Source: Bradyrhizobium sp. (GTDB taxonomy: Bacteria; Pseudomonadota; Alphaproteobacteria; Rhizobiales; Xanthobacteraceae). From it: a stretch of DNA of 64,000 nt. A program made the translations under genes and the position numbers. Shown here in pieces: positions 29,294-39,604 of the stretch (positions are counted from its first letter, which is position 1; every line of letters starts with the position of its first letter). Below the pieces are notes generated by a model, which did no database searches, was not told where the DNA came from, and saw nothing but the letters and a program-made list of their open reading frames with translations. The stretch spans positions 1,143 to 65,142 of the forward strand of contig DATHMA010000158.1 of assembly GCA_035487555.1 (NCBI GenBank). The letters run 5' to 3'.

Positions 29294-30697
29294 ATGCAAG
29301 AAAACAAGGATACCACAGCAAAGAACTGGGCGCTGGGCCTCACCTCGCTCGCCTCGTTCATGATGGCGCTGGACGCCATGGTCATCACCACGGCCTTTGC
29401 CACCATCCGCTCCGAGTTCGGCGCCTCCGTCGAAACGCTGCAATGGACCGTGAATGCCTACAACCTCACCTTTGCGGTGCTGCTGCTGACGGGAGCCGCA
29501 CTCGGCGACCGGTTCGGGCGTCGGCGCATGTTTGCCGCCGGGATCGCGCTGTTTGTCGTCGCATCCGCCGCCTGCGCGCTGGCGCCCAGTGTGGGATGGC
29601 TGATCATCAGCCGCGGCGCGCAAGGTGCCGGCGCCGCGCTCGTGATGCCGCTCGCCATGGCAATTCTGAGCGGCGCCTTTGGGAGGGAAGAGCGCGCCCG
29701 TGCGCTCGGCATCTTTTCCGGCGTCACCGGATGCGCGCTGATCATCGGCCCCGCCGTTGGCGGCTTTCTCACCGCGACACTCGGCTGGCGCTTCATCTTC
29801 TGGATCAACCTGCCGATCGGGCTCATCCTGATCGCGCTCGTCACGGCGCGTTTGCGTGAAAGTTTTGGACCGCCCGCCAGGCTCGACATCATCGGCCTTG
29901 CGCTGGTTGCGGCTTCCGCATTGACCTTGGTCTGGGGCCAGATCCGCGGCAACCAGTTGGGCTGGGCAAGCGGCGAGGTGATCGGCGCACTGGCACTCGG
30001 CGTTCTCTTCGCGCTCGCCTTTGTCACCTTCGAGCGGCGCAGCGACGCACCGATGATCCCGATGCGCCTGTTCGCGTCACGCCCGTTCGCGGCCGGCGTC
30101 ACCTCGAGCTTCCTGTTTTATGCCGCGATGTACGGCACCTTGTTCCTGCTGCCGCAGTTCCTGCAGGCCGCGTTCGGTGCAGGCCCGCTCGGCGCGGGGC
30201 TGCGACTCCTGCCCTGGACCTCGACATTGTTCCTGACCGCGCCCGTCGCAGGCGCTGCGGTCCAGAAGTTCGGTGAGCGGATGCTGGTCGTGACCGGGCT
30301 GTTGATGCAGGCCGCCGGGCTTGGCTGGATCGCATTGGAAGTAATGGCGGGAACGACCTATGCCGCGATGGTCGCGCCGGCGATCCTGGCCGGCGTCGGT
30401 GTCTCAATGGCGATGCCGGCCGCGCAGAATGCCGTTCTCAGCTCCGTCGCCGTCACGGAGATGGGCAAGGCGTCGGGTGTGTTCAACATGGGCCGGTTTC
30501 TCGGCGGCATGTTCGGGGTCGCGCTGCTGGTTGCCGTGTTCTCCGCCCACGGCGCGGCGGATACGCCGGCGCATTTCGCAAACGGCTTTGCCGCGACGAT
30601 GATCGTCGCCGCCATGCTGTCGCTTTTCGCCGCACTTGCCGGCGCCTTTCTGCCGGCCCGACGACCTGTCACGCAGCTCAAGCCGCAGCAAGCCTGA
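29294..30697 (+). CDS. DHA2 (EmrB/QacA) MFS efflux transporter
   Basis: 14 TM; GDRFGRRR, WRFIFWINLPIG. Confidence 0.92.
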   Translation: MQENKDTTAKNWALGLTSLASFMMALDAMVITTAFATIRSEFGASVETLQWTVNAYNLTFAVLLLTGAALGDRFGRRRMFAAGIALFVVASAACALAPSVGWLIISRGAQGAGAALVMPLAMAILSGAFGREERARALGIFSGVTGCALIIGPAVGGFLTATLGWRFIFWINLPIGLILIALVTARLRESFGPPARLDIIGLALVAASALTLVWGQIRGNQLGWASGEVIGALALGVLFALAFVTFERRSDAPMIPMRLFASRPFAAGVTSSFLFYAAMYGTLFLLPQFLQAAFGAGPLGAGLRLLPWTSTLFLTAPVAGAAVQKFGERMLVVTGLLMQAAGLGWIALEVMAGTTYAAMVAPAILAGVGVSMAMPAAQNAVLSSVAVTEMGKASGVFNMGRFLGGMFGVALLVAVFSAHGAADTPAHFANGFAATMIVAAMLSLFAALAGAFLPARRPVTQLKPQQA

Positions 30698-30802
30698 TCC
30701 ACGATAGATATTCGTTATGGGGCGATAGGCGGCAACCGCCTATCGCCCTTCCGCGTTAATGACTACATTCGGTATCTGGTTTTGATCAGCGAGGGTAATG
30801 CC

Positions 30803-32077
30803 ATGACCACGACGCCGGCCAAACCTCATCGCGTGGTGATCGTCGGCGCCGGCTTTGGCGGCCTTGAAGCAACCTTTGGCCTCGCCGGCGCTGATGTCGA
30901 GATCACGCTGATCGATCGCCGCAACCATCATCTGTTCCAGCCGCTGCTCTACCAGGTCGCGACCGCCTCGCTCGCGACATCCGAGATCGCCTGGCCCATC
31001 CGCTATCTCCTGCGCGATCGTCACGACGTCACGACGCTGTTCGCCAATGTCTGCGGCGTCGACGCCGCGGGAAAGCGCGTGCTGCTCGATGATGGCGATA
31101 GCATCCCCTATGACACGCTGATCCTCGCCACCGGGGCGCGCCACGCCTACTTCGGCCATGACGAATGGGAGCCGTTCGCACCGGGACTGAAGACACTGGA
31201 AGATGCCACCACGCTGCGGCGGCGCATTCTCGTCGCCTTCGAGCGCGCGGAGCGGGAGACCGATCCCGACAAGCGCGATGCGCTTTTGACTTTTGTCATC
31301 ATCGGCGCAGGTCCCACCGGCGTCGAGATGGCCGGCACCATTGCCGATCTCGCCAAGGATACGCTGCCGCGCGACTTCCGCCACATCGATACGCGCAAGG
31401 CGCGCGTGGTGCTGATCGAGGCCGGCCCGCGCGTGCTCGCCGGCTTCCCCGACGATCTCTCGGCCTATGCCCAGAAGTCGCTGGAGCAACTCGGTGTCGA
31501 TGTGATGCTGGGCGAACCCGTCACCGAATGCTCGGCCGATGGCGTGGTCTATGGCGGCAAGAAGCTTGCGGCGCGCACCATTGTCTGGGCCGCCGGCGTG
31601 CGCGCCTCACGCGCGGCCGAATGGCTGGATGCGCCGGCCGACCGCGCCTATCGCCTGAAGGTCGAGCCAGATCTGACCGTGCCCGGCCATCCCGATATTT
31701 TCGCGGTCGGCGACACCGTCACCATCGCAGGCCCCGACGGCAATCCAGTGCCCGGCATCGCGCCCGCGGCCAAGCAGGAGGGGCGCTACGCCGCGGCGCT
31801 GATCAAGGCGCGGCTCAAGGGCGGCACGCTGCCGCCGTTCCACTACAAGCATGCCGGCAGCCTCGCGCAGATCGGCAAGCGGCTCGCGGTAATCGATTTC
31901 GGCAAGATCAAGCTGCGTGGCGCGATCGCCTGGTGGATCTGGGGCATCGCCCACATCTACTTCCTGATCGGCTTGCGCAACCGCATCAGTGTCGCGCTGA
32001 ATTGGCTCTGGATCCACGCCCGCGACCAGCGCGCCGCGCGGCTGATCACCCAAGGCAGCAGCAAGGTTGCGAGCTGA
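30803..32077 (+). CDS. ndh: Type II NADH dehydrogenase family FAD oxidoreductase
   Basis: VGAGFGG, FQPLLYQVAT, GAGPTGVEMAG. Confidence 0.88.
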   Translation: MTTTPAKPHRVVIVGAGFGGLEATFGLAGADVEITLIDRRNHHLFQPLLYQVATASLATSEIAWPIRYLLRDRHDVTTLFANVCGVDAAGKRVLLDDGDSIPYDTLILATGARHAYFGHDEWEPFAPGLKTLEDATTLRRRILVAFERAERETDPDKRDALLTFVIIGAGPTGVEMAGTIADLAKDTLPRDFRHIDTRKARVVLIEAGPRVLAGFPDDLSAYAQKSLEQLGVDVMLGEPVTECSADGVVYGGKKLAARTIVWAAGVRASRAAEWLDAPADRAYRLKVEPDLTVPGHPDIFAVGDTVTIAGPDGNPVPGIAPAAKQEGRYAAALIKARLKGGTLPPFHYKHAGSLAQIGKRLAVIDFGKIKLRGAIAWWIWGIAHIYFLIGLRNRISVALNWLWIHARDQRAARLITQGSSKVAS

Positions 32078-32080
32078 GAT

Positions 32081-32216
32081 TGCCTTAGATTTAAGCAGAC
32101 GATGGTGAAAAGCCCGGCGCGCGATCGCGCGTGGACAATTCAAACATTTGATGAGTAAAGGCTATTTCGAGCTGTTCGGCACCGCCGCCTTTGTACACAA
32201 TGGCACACTGCTTGCT
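32081..32216 (+). promoter_or_regulatory. Sigma54 promoter with NtrC-like and GntR-like sites upstream of atzF
   Basis: TGGCAC-actgc-TTGC (32201-32215); TTGTACACAA (32191-32200); TGC-N11-GCA (32081-32097). Confidence 0.75.
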
Positions 32217-32293
32217 ACGATTGAGCAGGATTTAGGCTGCCAGGCGATGGCGCGGACCGCGCCTAAAATCGCGTCGAGACAGGAGTTTTTAGC

Positions 32294-34081
32294 GTGACTG
32301 AAACCGTTGCCGCGATCGTCGCCGCGCATCGCGCAGGAACGCTTGATCCCGTCGAGACCGTCGCGCGCACCTTTCAGCGCATCCGCGACTACAACGATCC
32401 CGCTGTCTTCATCAGCCTGCGCGATGAGAAGAACGCGCTCTCGGAAGCCGAAAGCCTGAAGGCGAAGAATGCGGCCGAGCTGCCGCTCTATGGCGTGCCG
32501 GTCGCGGTGAAGGACAATATCGATGCGCTCGGCTTTCAAACCACCGCCGCCTGCCCGGCCTTCGCTTACACGCCGGCGCATGATTCCACCGCAGTCGCAC
32601 GACTGCGCGCGGCCGGCGCCATCATCATCGGCAAGACCAATCTCGACCAGTTCGCCACCGGCCTTGTCGGCGTGCGCTCGCCTTACGGCATTCCCAACAA
32701 TCCGATGCGCGGCGATCTCATTCCCGGTGGATCGAGCTCGGGCTCGGCGGTCGCAGTATCCGCGGGTCTCGTGCCGCTTGCGCTTGGCACGGACACTGCC
32801 GGAAGCGGCCGCGTGCCGGCAATGCTCAACAACATCGTTGGCCTCAAGCCGAGCCTCGGCATGATTTCGACCGCGGGTGTCGCGCCCGCCTGCCGCACGC
32901 TCGATTGCGTCTCGGTGTTTTCGCTGACCGTCGATGACGCCGTTACGGCGCTCGCGGCAATGGCCGGACCCGACCTCGCCGATCCCTTTTCTCGTGATCG
33001 CCCTCTAGAGGCGATCACGCCGTTTCCGCAAAAGCTGCGGCTCGGCACGCCGCGCCAGGGGCAATTGATCTTCTTTGGCGACAAGGCGGCGGAAGCCGCT
33101 TACAACGAGGCCATGAAGCGCTGGGTCGCGCTCGGCGCCGAGATCGTCGAGTTCGACATGGAGCCGTTCTACGAGACGGCGCGGCTGCTCTATGAAGGCC
33201 CGTGGGTCGCCGAGCGCTACCTCGTGATCCGCAACCTGCTCGCCTCATCGCCAGACGCCATCCATCCGGTGACGCGCGAGATCACCGCGGCGGGAGCGCG
33301 GCTGACGGCGGCCGAAACCTTCTCGGCGCTGTATCGCCTGCAAGGCTTGCGCAAGATCGCCGAGCGCAGCTTCTCCAACATGGATGCGATGGTGTTGCCG
33401 ACCGCACCCACGGCCTATTCGACCAAGCAGGTGCTGGCCAATCCGATCGAGCTGAACAGCCGGCTCGGCACCTACACCAATTTCGTCAACCTGCTCGATC
33501 TCTGCGGCCTGGCGCTGCCGGCCTCGATGCGATCAGACGATATTCCCTTCGGCATCACGCTGCTGGCGCCGGCCGGGCGCGACGCCATGCTCGCGAGCAT
33601 CGGCCGCGTCTTCCATGCCGACACCAAATTGAAAGTCGGCGCCAAGGGCCTGTCGCAGCCGCCGCTGGCACCGCTGCCCGCGAGCATCGAGGGCGAGCTT
33701 GCGATCGCCGTGGTTGGCGCGCATCTGTCGGGCATGGCATTGAACGGCGAATTGCGCACGCTCGGCGGACGCCTGCTGGAAGCCGCCGTCACCGCGCCGG
33801 ACTACAAGCTCTACGCGCTGCCGACCACGCCGCCGAAACCGGGCATGCTGCGGGTTGAGCCCGGCAAGGGATCCGCGATTTCGCTGGAGATATGGTCGCT
33901 GCCACCGGCTGCCTTCGGCGAGTTCGTCGCCGCGATTCCCGCACCGTTGTCGATCGGCAGCATCCGCCTTGCCGATGGAAGGAGCGTGAAGGGATTCATC
34001 GTCGAGGCCGCGGGCGTCGAGGGCGCGCGGGATATCTCGTCGTTCGGCGGCTGGCGCGCGTATATGGCGGAGAAGGTCTAA
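32294..34081 (+). CDS. atzF: Allophanate hydrolase
   Basis: GKTNLDQFATGLVGVRSPYG, GTYTNFVNLLD, C-terminal VVGAHLSG and GGWRAY. Confidence 0.95.
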   Translation: MTETVAAIVAAHRAGTLDPVETVARTFQRIRDYNDPAVFISLRDEKNALSEAESLKAKNAAELPLYGVPVAVKDNIDALGFQTTAACPAFAYTPAHDSTAVARLRAAGAIIIGKTNLDQFATGLVGVRSPYGIPNNPMRGDLIPGGSSSGSAVAVSAGLVPLALGTDTAGSGRVPAMLNNIVGLKPSLGMISTAGVAPACRTLDCVSVFSLTVDDAVTALAAMAGPDLADPFSRDRPLEAITPFPQKLRLGTPRQGQLIFFGDKAAEAAYNEAMKRWVALGAEIVEFDMEPFYETARLLYEGPWVAERYLVIRNLLASSPDAIHPVTREITAAGARLTAAETFSALYRLQGLRKIAERSFSNMDAMVLPTAPTAYSTKQVLANPIELNSRLGTYTNFVNLLDLCGLALPASMRSDDIPFGITLLAPAGRDAMLASIGRVFHADTKLKVGAKGLSQPPLAPLPASIEGELAIAVVGAHLSGMALNGELRTLGGRLLEAAVTAPDYKLYALPTTPPKPGMLRVEPGKGSAISLEIWSLPPAAFGEFVAAIPAPLSIGSIRLADGRSVKGFIVEAAGVEGARDISSFGGWRAYMAEKV

Positions 34082-34087
34082 CTGCGT

Positions 34088-34186
34088 CGTCATTCCGGGG
34101 CGCGCGTTAGCGCGAGCCCGGAATCCATCACCACGAGCGGGGTTATGGATTCCGGGCCTGGCCCTTCGGACCATCCCGGAATGACG
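34088..34186. repeat. CGTC-type REP doublet (gtcattccgg family), empty form of the 60885 cassette
   Basis: cgtcattccggggcg...cccggaatccat / atggattccggg...cccggaatgacg. Confidence 0.88.
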
Positions 34187-34212
34187 ATATTGAGGGAGTG
34201 GCGCGCTAACGC

Positions 34213-34941
34213 CTACACCGACACCGAATACATCTCGTACTCGTCGCGCACCAACTCGATATGATCGCGCATCGCGACCTCAGCGCCCGCCTTGTCGCCG
34301 CGCATGATCGCGACGACGACGCGGTCGTGCTCGGCGTGCGACTTGGCGAGACGGCCGAGATTGCGGAACTGGGCGCGGCGGAACGGCTGCACCCGCACGC
34401 GCGTGGCCAAGGTCATCTCGGCGATATAGGCGTTCTGCGAGCCGGCATAGATGCTGTTGTGGAAACGCTCATTGACCTCGTGAAAGCGGTCGGGATTGCC
34501 GGCATGGCTGAGCACGCGAAGCTCCTCGTGCACGGCCTCGAGCTGATGGCGATCGATCGGCGTCATGCGCTCCGCGGCGAGCCCGGCGCAGATCGCCTCC
34601 AGTTCCGCCATCGCCTCGAACATGCCGGTCAGCCGCTCGATGGTCGGCCGCGCCACCACCGCGCCGCGATGCGGCCGTGCGTCGACGAGACCCGAAGCCA
34701 CCAGCTGGCGCAGCGCCTCGCGCACCGGTGTGCGCGACACCGAAAAGCGGCGCGCGATGTCGGTCTCGTCCAGCGGCGCGCCCGGCGGCAATGCCCCGCG
34801 CACGATCTCGTCCGCCAATTGCAGCCGCAACTCCTCGGCGCGGGTGATCTTCACCACCGACGGCGCGGCGCGGTCGATACGACGAACCGTCGCCTCGGCC
34901 GGGCGCGGCGCGCCATTGGATGGAAGATCGTCGAGGCTCAT
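34213..34941 (-). CDS. GntR/FCD regulator
   Basis: [13 protein letters not shown]; NERFH; AEHDRVV. Confidence 0.92.
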   Translation of the reverse strand: MSLDDLPSNGAPRPAEATVRRIDRAAPSVVKITRAEELRLQLADEIVRGALPPGAPLDETDIARRFSVSRTPVREALRQLVASGLVDARPHRGAVVARPTIERLTGMFEAMAELEAICAGLAAERMTPIDRHQLEAVHEELRVLSHAGNPDRFHEVNERFHNSIYAGSQNAYIAEMTLATRVRVQPFRRAQFRNLGRLAKSHAEHDRVVVAIMRGDKAGAEVAMRDHIELVRDEYEMYSVSV

Positions 34942-35336
34942 GCAGTGCTCACCTTTGGCTCGTCGATGATGCTGACATGGGCGGCGACGATTCGCCATCC
35001 TTCCGGAAAGCGCACCCATGTCTGCATCTGCCGCCCCACCCTGCCAGGCGCGCTGTCGCGATAGAACAGGGTCGAGGCGACCGCGGAGTCGCGGCCATAA
35101 GTGGTGATCACGGTGCGCGCAGTCTTGCGCATCAGCCCAACCGGCGAGCGCGCCGAGCGGAAGGACGCGATCTCGCTATAGCCGTAGAGGTTCTCGCCGA
35201 TGCCATAACGCAGCGTGCGCGAATCCTTGCGGAACAATTCGTCGAGCACGGCGACATCGTTCGACACCAGCGCCTTCTCATAGCGTTCGAATTGGGCGGT
35301 GACTTCCGCGAGCACGTCGGGCAGGTCGATGTCCAT
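34938..35336 (-). CDS. AtzH/HpxZ-like protein (DUF3225)
   Basis: [26 protein letters not shown]. Confidence 0.88.
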   Translation of the reverse strand: MDIDLPDVLAEVTAQFERYEKALVSNDVAVLDELFRKDSRTLRYGIGENLYGYSEIASFRSARSPVGLMRKTARTVITTYGRDSAVASTLFYRDSAPGRVGRQMQTWVRFPEGWRIVAAHVSIIDEPKVSTA

Positions 35337-35337
35337 C

Positions 35338-36747
35338 TCAAAATCCACTTAAAAGTTTCTTGGGCAACGGCGCCGCAACCGCGCCCATCCGTTCCAGCGC
35401 ATAGGCGACGCGAAGCGCGATATCCTCTCGCCAGGGCGGCGCGATCAGCTGCACGCCGATCGGCATCGGATCAAGCGGCACCGGCACGGCGACGACCGGC
35501 AGGCCGATGAAAGAGATCGGCTGGGTGTGGATGCCGATATTGGCGCGCACCGGAAGCTCGACGCCGTCGAGCGTGAAATTCACCTGTCCGAGCTTGGGCG
35601 CGACGCAGGGCGTCGCCGGCGCGATCAACAAGTCAACCGACTTGAAGATGTCCATCAGCTGCGCGCGATACCAGCGGCGGAATTTTTGCGCGCGGTCGAC
35701 CAGAGGCGCCGGCACCATCGCGCCCGCGATCAGCCGATCACGCACGGCGGGATCGAAATCATTCGGCCGCTTGCGCAGGCGATCGAGATGCAGCGAGGCG
35801 CCTTCGGTCGTGGTGATGACATAAGCCGCGGCGCGGGCGCGCGCGGCTTCGGGGACTTCCACCACCTTGGTGACGCCGAGCGCCTTGGCGACATGCGCGA
35901 CCGCTTCGACCGCTTCAGGGAACAGGTTCTTCTGAAACCAGCCACCTGCCAGCGCGATCCGCAGGCCCCCGATGTTCTGGGCGAGCAGTCCGGCCGCAGG
36001 CTCGGCCGCACGCGTAGTGCAGGCGGCGTCATCGGCATCGGGACCTTGCATCGCATCATAGGCCAGCGCGAGGTCGCGGACGTTGCGCGCGAACGGGCCG
36101 AGATGATCGAGGCTCGCGACAAACGGGAACGAGCGCGCCCGCGATAGCCGGCCATAGGTCGGCTTCAGCCCAAAGATGCCGCAGAACGAGGACGGCACGC
36201 GAATAGATCCGTTCGTGTCCGAGCCCAGCGCAATCGGCACCAACGCGCCGCCGACGGCGCCGCCCGAGCCGCCGGAAGAGCCGCCGGTCATCCGCGAGGG
36301 ATCATGCGGATTGCACGAGGGGCCGTCATGCACGTTCTCGCCGGTGAAGTCGTAGGCGTATTCGCCCATGTTGAGAGCGCCGACCAGAACAGCGCCGGCC
36401 GCTTCCATCCGTTCGATCAGCGTCGCATCGCGCGTGGCCTTTGGCAGGTCGCGGTTGATCTTCGAGCCGGCGCGGGTGGAAAGCCCCTTGACGTCGAACA
36501 GGTTCTTCACCGCAAACGGCACGCCCGCGAGCGGGCCGACATTTTTCCCCGCGGCAATGGCAGCATCGACCTCACGCGCCCTGGCGCGGGCGCGCACGGC
36601 GGTGACGTCGGTGAAGGAATTGAGGATTCCGTCATAACGCTCGATGCGCGCGAGCGCAGCTTCCGTCGCCTCCAGCGCGGAGAGCTTGTGGGAGGTTACG
36701 GCCTTGGCGATTTCGGACGCCGATGGTGTCGCGGAGGCGGCGGTCAT
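35338..36747 (-). CDS. AtzE-family amidase
   Basis: [39 protein letters not shown]. Confidence 0.9.
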   Translation of the reverse strand: MTAASATPSASEIAKAVTSHKLSALEATEAALARIERYDGILNSFTDVTAVRARARAREVDAAIAAGKNVGPLAGVPFAVKNLFDVKGLSTRAGSKINRDLPKATRDATLIERMEAAGAVLVGALNMGEYAYDFTGENVHDGPSCNPHDPSRMTGGSSGGSGGAVGGALVPIALGSDTNGSIRVPSSFCGIFGLKPTYGRLSRARSFPFVASLDHLGPFARNVRDLALAYDAMQGPDADDAACTTRAAEPAAGLLAQNIGGLRIALAGGWFQKNLFPEAVEAVAHVAKALGVTKVVEVPEAARARAAAYVITTTEGASLHLDRLRKRPNDFDPAVRDRLIAGAMVPAPLVDRAQKFRRWYRAQLMDIFKSVDLLIAPATPCVAPKLGQVNFTLDGVELPVRANIGIHTQPISFIGLPVVAVPVPLDPMPIGVQLIAPPWREDIALRVAYALERMGAVAAPLPKKLLSGF

Positions 36748-36765
36748 GACGGTATTCTTGCGGGA

Positions 36766-36948
36766 TCAGGCGGCGAAGACACTGGCCGGCTCGGTTTCGT
36801 CGGGTAGCGGGAATTCGTCGACCAGCCGTGCCATCCGCAGCGACACTTCCAGATTGGCGCGCACCGCGCCCCTCCATGCGTCTTCCATCGGCAGGCCCAG
36901 GGCCTTGCCGACAGAGGCGATGTAATCGTCGATCAGATCCGCGGACAT
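36766..36948 (-). CDS. AtzG-like small subunit (DUF4089)
   Basis: 60 aa ending FPLPDETEPASVF, directly upstream of the AtzE-like gene. Confidence 0.85.
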   Translation of the reverse strand: MSADLIDDYIASVGKALGLPMEDAWRGAVRANLEVSLRMARLVDEFPLPDETEPASVFAA

Positions 36949-36967
36949 ATCTCTCTCATCAGGGTTT

Positions 36968-38686
36968 TTAGTGCACCGGCAACGGCGGATGCGGGATCGC
37001 CGTCAACAGCTCCTTTGTATACGCGTCCTGCGGATTGCCCAAGACCTGTTCGGCGGTACCCTGCTCAACGATCCGTCCCGTGCGCATCACAATGACACGA
37101 TCGCACAGCAGGCGCACTACGTTCAGATCATGGGAGACGAACAGATAGCTCATGCCCATGGAGGCCTTGAGGTCCTGCAGCAGGTTCAGCACGACCGCTT
37201 GCACCGAAACATCGAGCGCCGCGGTCGGCTCGTCCAGGATCACCAGCTTCGGATGTAGCGCGATCGCCCGCGCAATGCCGACGCGGGCCTTCTGGCCGCC
37301 AGATAGTTGATGTGGAAAACGGTCGAGCAGGTTGAGCGGCAGCCCGACCAGCGTGGCCAACTCCTCGCAGCGGGCACGCAGCGCGTCACGTCCCCTGATA
37401 TCGCCGAGCTGCATGATCGGATCGGCAATGGCGCGCACCGCGGTGAAACGCGGGTTGAGGCTGTCGGTCGGATCCTGGAACACCATCTGGATGCGGCTGC
37501 GCAACGGCAGCCGCGCAAAGGCGTTCGGCATGACGTTGCCGATTTCCTCGCCATCGAAGGCGATGCGGCCCGAGGTCTGGTCGAGCAGGCGCATCACCAT
37601 CATCGAGGTGGTCGACTTGCCGCAACCGGATTCGCCGACCAGGCCGACGCTCTCGCCGTGACCGACCGTGAAGCTGATGCCGTCGACGGCGCGGAACATG
37701 TCCTGCTCCACCGGCGGCTTGCGCCCGAACAACCTGCCAAGCGAAGCGGTAGCGCCCTGGCGGGGGTATTCCTTGACGAGCTTATCGATCAGAAGGAGCG
37801 GCTTCTTGTCGGCGGCGGCGGCCGCGGCCGGCGCAGGCGTGGCCGGCAGCTTGGCCGCTTCGTCCTCCGGCAGTAAATCGCGCAGCGACACACCGAGCCG
37901 CGGCGTCGCCCGCATCAGTTTCTTCGTGTAGGCATGCTCAGGCTTGGCGAAGATATCCGCCGACTTCGCGGTCTCGACCACCCGCCCCTTTTCCATCACC
38001 ACCACGCGGTCGCAATAGGCGGCCGCCAGCCCAAGGTCATGCGTGATCAGAATGGTCGACATGCCGCGCTGCCGCGTCAGCTCGACGATCAGGTCCATCA
38101 CCGCCTTCTGCGTGGTGACGTCGAGGCCGGTGGTCGGCTCGTCCGCGATCAAAAGCTGCGGATTGCAGGCGAGCGCGAGCGCGATCACGACGCGCTGGCA
38201 CATGCCGCCGGACATCTCGAAGGGATAGGCATGATAGCGCTCGCGCGGGCGCGCGATCTTGACCTGCTCGAGCGCCTCGATCGCTTTCTCGCCCCGATCC
38301 ATCACCTCCGTCTGCTGCACATGCTGGCGCAGCACGTCCTCGATCTGGTCACCCACTTTACGGATCGGATTGAGCGCCGCGCGCGGGTTCTGAAAGATCA
38401 TCGAGATTTCGCGGCCTCGCAGGTCGCGCATCTGGTCTTCGCTGGCGGCCTTCACATCGATGCCGGAGAACATCACCGAGCCTTCGGCGATTTTTCCCGC
38501 ACGATCGAGTATGCGCATTACGGCATAGGACGTCACCGACTTGCCCGAACCGGACTCGCCGACAATGCCGAGCGTCTCGCCCTTGGCGACGCTGATATTG
38601 ACATGCTGCACGGCTTTGACGATGCCGCGCCTCGTCGAGAACTCGACGGTGAGGTCGTTGACGTCGAGCAGCGGCTGCGCGGTCAT
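36968..38686 (-). CDS. Peptide/nickel-type ABC ATPase (fused double domain)
   Basis: Two GESG.GKS Walker A motifs. Confidence 0.92.
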   Translation of the reverse strand: MTAQPLLDVNDLTVEFSTRRGIVKAVQHVNISVAKGETLGIVGESGSGKSVTSYAVMRILDRAGKIAEGSVMFSGIDVKAASEDQMRDLRGREISMIFQNPRAALNPIRKVGDQIEDVLRQHVQQTEVMDRGEKAIEALEQVKIARPRERYHAYPFEMSGGMCQRVVIALALACNPQLLIADEPTTGLDVTTQKAVMDLIVELTRQRGMSTILITHDLGLAAAYCDRVVVMEKGRVVETAKSADIFAKPEHAYTKKLMRATPRLGVSLRDLLPEDEAAKLPATPAPAAAAAADKKPLLLIDKLVKEYPRQGATASLGRLFGRKPPVEQDMFRAVDGISFTVGHGESVGLVGESGCGKSTTSMMVMRLLDQTSGRIAFDGEEIGNVMPNAFARLPLRSRIQMVFQDPTDSLNPRFTAVRAIADPIMQLGDIRGRDALRARCEELATLVGLPLNLLDRFPHQLSGGQKARVGIARAIALHPKLVILDEPTAALDVSVQAVVLNLLQDLKASMGMSYLFVSHDLNVVRLLCDRVIVMRTGRIVEQGTAEQVLGNPQDAYTKELLTAIPHPPLPVH

Positions 38687-38688
38687 GC

Positions 38689-39591
38689 TCACGTCCTCCG
38701 CTGCGGATCGACGATGTCGCGCAGGCCGTCGCCGAGCAGGTTGAAGCAGAACACGGCGATCATCAGCGCGAGACCCGGAAACAACGCGATCCACCATTCG
38801 CCGGACACCATGAAGCCCGCGCCTTCCGCGACCATGATGCCCCATTCCGCGGTCGGCGGCCGAACGCCGAGACCAATGAAGGAAAGGCCGGCGGCATTGA
38901 GGATGGCGTAGCCCATGGTCAGCGACATCTGCACGATCATGATCGGCATGATGTTGGGGAGGATATGGACCAGGAGAATCCGGAACTCGCCGTTGCCCGA
39001 CAGCCGCGCCGCCTGCACGAAGCCGGCGTTACGGCGGACGTTCGCCTCCGCACGGGCGACGCGGACATAGAGCGGAAAATTCACGACCGCGGTGGCGAGG
39101 ATGATGTTCTGCACCGTATTGCCCAGCGCCGCGACGATGCCCATCGCCAGCACGAACAGCGGAAAGGCCATGATGGTGTCGGCGATGCGGCCGACGATGC
39201 GGTCGGTCCAGCCGCCGAAATAGCCGGCGGCGATACCGGCAAGCCCGCCCATCAGGAACACCAGCACCACGGAAGCGATCGCGATGAAAGTATCCAGCCT
39301 TGTCGCCACGATAACGCGGCTGAAGATGTCGCGGCCCAATTGATCGGTGCCGAACCAGTGCGCGGCCGACGGCGGCTTCAATGCGGATACGGTGTCGGAG
39401 GCGAGTGGATCGTAGGGCACCACATAGGGCCCGAACAGCGCAGCGAAGAGAATGACGACCAGCAGCGCAAAGGCGAAAGCGGTGACGCGATTTTCCCCGA
39501 GCACATAGCGGGTGTGCTCGATCATGGCGGCGAGCCCCGTCGAGGGGCGCGCGGATGCGGCGGGTTCTGCCGTGGGCGCGACGCTACTCAT
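38689..39591 (-). CDS. Peptide-type ABC permease (DppC-like)
   Basis: HWFGTDQLGRD, LSFIGLG, EWG. Confidence 0.92.
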   Translation of the reverse strand: MSSVAPTAEPAASARPSTGLAAMIEHTRYVLGENRVTAFAFALLVVILFAALFGPYVVPYDPLASDTVSALKPPSAAHWFGTDQLGRDIFSRVIVATRLDTFIAIASVVLVFLMGGLAGIAAGYFGGWTDRIVGRIADTIMAFPLFVLAMGIVAALGNTVQNIILATAVVNFPLYVRVARAEANVRRNAGFVQAARLSGNGEFRILLVHILPNIMPIMIVQMSLTMGYAILNAAGLSFIGLGVRPPTAEWGIMVAEGAGFMVSGEWWIALFPGLALMIAVFCFNLLGDGLRDIVDPQRRT

Positions 39592-39604
39592 CCTTCCAGC
39601 CTCA

